This document shows, in pieces, positions 61,801-64,000 of a DNA stretch of 64,000 nt. Position 1 is the stretch's first letter. Each line of letters begins with the position of its first letter. This stretch comes from Pavona decussata (lineage: Eukaryota). A program made the translations under genes and the position numbers. The stretch is from assembly GCA_977016875.1 (NCBI GenBank), contig CDRNST010000214.1:4216001-4280000 (forward strand), read 5' to 3'. The notes under the pieces are model-generated. The model was not told the origin of the DNA. It did no database searches and was given only the letters and a program-made list of their open reading frames with translations.

Positions 61801-64000
61801 GCGCACTCTATTAATTTTATATTATTGTTACCCTCCCTTCTTAATTCATTGATGGAATGTTTAGTAACCCGCGCACTCTATTAATCTTATATTATTGTTA
61901 CTCTCCCTTCTTAGTTCATTGATGGAATGTTTAGTAACCCGCGCACTCTATTAATCTTATATTATTGTTACTCTCCCTTCTTAGTTCATTGATGGAATGT
62001 TTAGTAACTCGAGCACTCTATTAATCTTATATAATTGTTACCCTCCCTTCTTAATTCATTGATGGAATGTTTAGTAACCCGCGCACTCTATTAATCTTAT
62101 ATTATTGTTACCCTCCCTTCTTAGTTCATTGATGGAATGTTTAGTAACTCGAGCACTCTATTAATCTTATATAATTGTTACCCTCCCCTTTTAATTCATT
62201 GATGGAATGTTTAGTAACATACGCTTTCTATTTAATCTTATATTATTGTTACCCTCCCTTCTTAGTTCATTGATGGAATGTTTAGTAACACTCGCACTTT
62301 ATTAATCTTATATAATTGTTACTCTCGCCTCATAATTCATTGATCGAATGTTTAGTAACTCGCGCACTCTACTAATCTTATATAATTGTAACCCTCCCTT
62401 CTTAGTTCATTGATGGAATGTTTAGTAACTCGCACAGTCTGTTAACCTTATATAATTGTTACCCTCCCCTTTTAATTCATAGATGGAATTTTTAGTAACA
62501 TACGCACTCTATTTAATCTTATATTATTGTTACCCTCCCTTCTTAGTCTATCGATGGAATGTTTAGTAACTCGCGCACTTTAATAATAGTATATAATTGT
62601 AACCCTCCCTTCTCAATTCATTGATGGAATGTTTAGTAATTTGCGCACTCTATTAAACTTATATAATTGTTACCCTCGCTTCATAATTCATTGATCGAAT
62701 GTTTAGTAACTCGCGCACTCTATTAATCGTATATAATTGGTACCCTCCCTTCTCAATTCATTGATGGAATGTTTAGTAATTTGCGCACTCTATTAAACTT
62801 ATATAATTGTTACCCTCGCTTCATAATTCATTGATCGAATGTTTAGTAACTCGCGCACTCTATTAATCGTATATAATTGGTACCCTCCCTTCTTAATTCA
62901 TTGATGGAATGTTTAGTAACTTGTGCACTCTATTAATCTTATATAATTGTTACCCTCCGTTCTTAGTTCATTGATGGAATGTTTAGTAACTCGCGCACTC
63001 TATTAATCTTATATAATTGTTACCCTCGCTTCATAATTCATTGATCGAATGTTTAGTAACTCGCGCACTCTATTAATCTTATATAATTGTTACCCTCCTT
63101 TCTTAGTTCATTCATGGAATGTTTAGTAACTCGCGCATTCTGTTAATCTTATATAATTGTTACCCTCCCTTCTTAATTCATTGACGGAATGTTTAGTAAC
63201 TCGCGCACTCTATTGATCTTATATAATTGTTACCCTCCCTTCATAATTCATTGATGGAATGTTTAGGAACTCGCGCACTCTATTAATCTTATATTATTGT
63301 TACTCTCCCTTCTTAATTCATTGATGGAATGTTTAGTAACTCGCGCACTCTATTAATCTTATATAATTGTTACCCTCCCTTCTTAATTCATTGATCGAAT
63401 GTTTAGTAACACTCGCATTCTAGTAATCTTATATAATTGTTACCCTCTCTTCTGAATTCATTGATCGAATGTTTAGTAACTCGCGCACTCTATTAATCTT
63501 ATATAATTGTTACCCTTCCATCTTAGTTCATTGATGGAATGTTTAGTAACTCGCGCACTCTGTTAATCTTATATAATTGTTACCTCCGCTTCATAATTCA
63601 TTGATGGAATGTTTAGTAACTCGCGCACTCTATTAATCTTATATAATTGTTACCCTCCCTTCTTAATTCATTGATCGAATGTTTAGTAACTCGCGCACTC
63701 TATTAATCTTATATTATTGTTACCCTCCCTTCTGAATTCATTGATCGAATGTTTAGTAACTCGCGCACTCTATTAATCTTTTATTACTGTTACCGTCCCT
63801 TCTTAGTGCATTGCTGGAATGTTTAGTAACTTGCGCACTCTATTGATTTTATATTTTTGTTACCCTTCTTTCTTAATTCATTGATGGAATGTTTAGTAAC
63901 TCGCGCACTCTATTAATCTTATATAATTATGACCCTCCCCTTTTAATTCATTGATGGAATGTTTAATAACCTGCGTACTCTATTAATAGTATTTAATTGT
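58845..64000. repeat. 70-bp tandem satellite, ~73 copies, runs off the right edge
   Basis: Consensus ATGGAATGTTTAGTAACTCGCGCACTCTATTAATCTTATATAATTGTTACCCTCCCTTCTTAATTCATTG repeats head-to-tail with scattered substitutions and rare 1-nt insertions. Confidence 0.97.

Noticed and set aside
58845-64000. CRISPR-like regular repeat array
   Set aside because: There are no unique spacers (the whole 70-bp unit repeats), no cas genes, and the context is eukaryotic. No hammerhead CUGANGA/GAAA core is present, so it is not a retrozyme array either.

Overview
Intron-rich eukaryotic (animal) genomic DNA. The gene content and repeat types suggest a cnidarian, probably a stony coral (inference). I reconstructed three spliced minus-strand genes by hand from GT-AG junctions and intron phases. 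(1) A polycystin-1/PKD1-like REJ-GAIN/GPS gene, running from about 16.2 kb off the left edge. A complete 10-exon REJ-GAIN-GPS module splices in frame into a second, diverged copy of the same module instead of into a transmembrane/PLAT region. Its apparent signal-peptide exon carries an in-frame TAA. (2) A two-exon noggin-like gene (256 aa) with a TATA+Inr promoter. (3) UTP6, a 23-exon gene of 599 aa. Introns and spacers are full of MITEs and tRNA-derived elements, some nested. The last ~5.1 kb is a 70-bp satellite with higher-order structure. Most short ORFs in the supplied track are spurious or are exon fragments.
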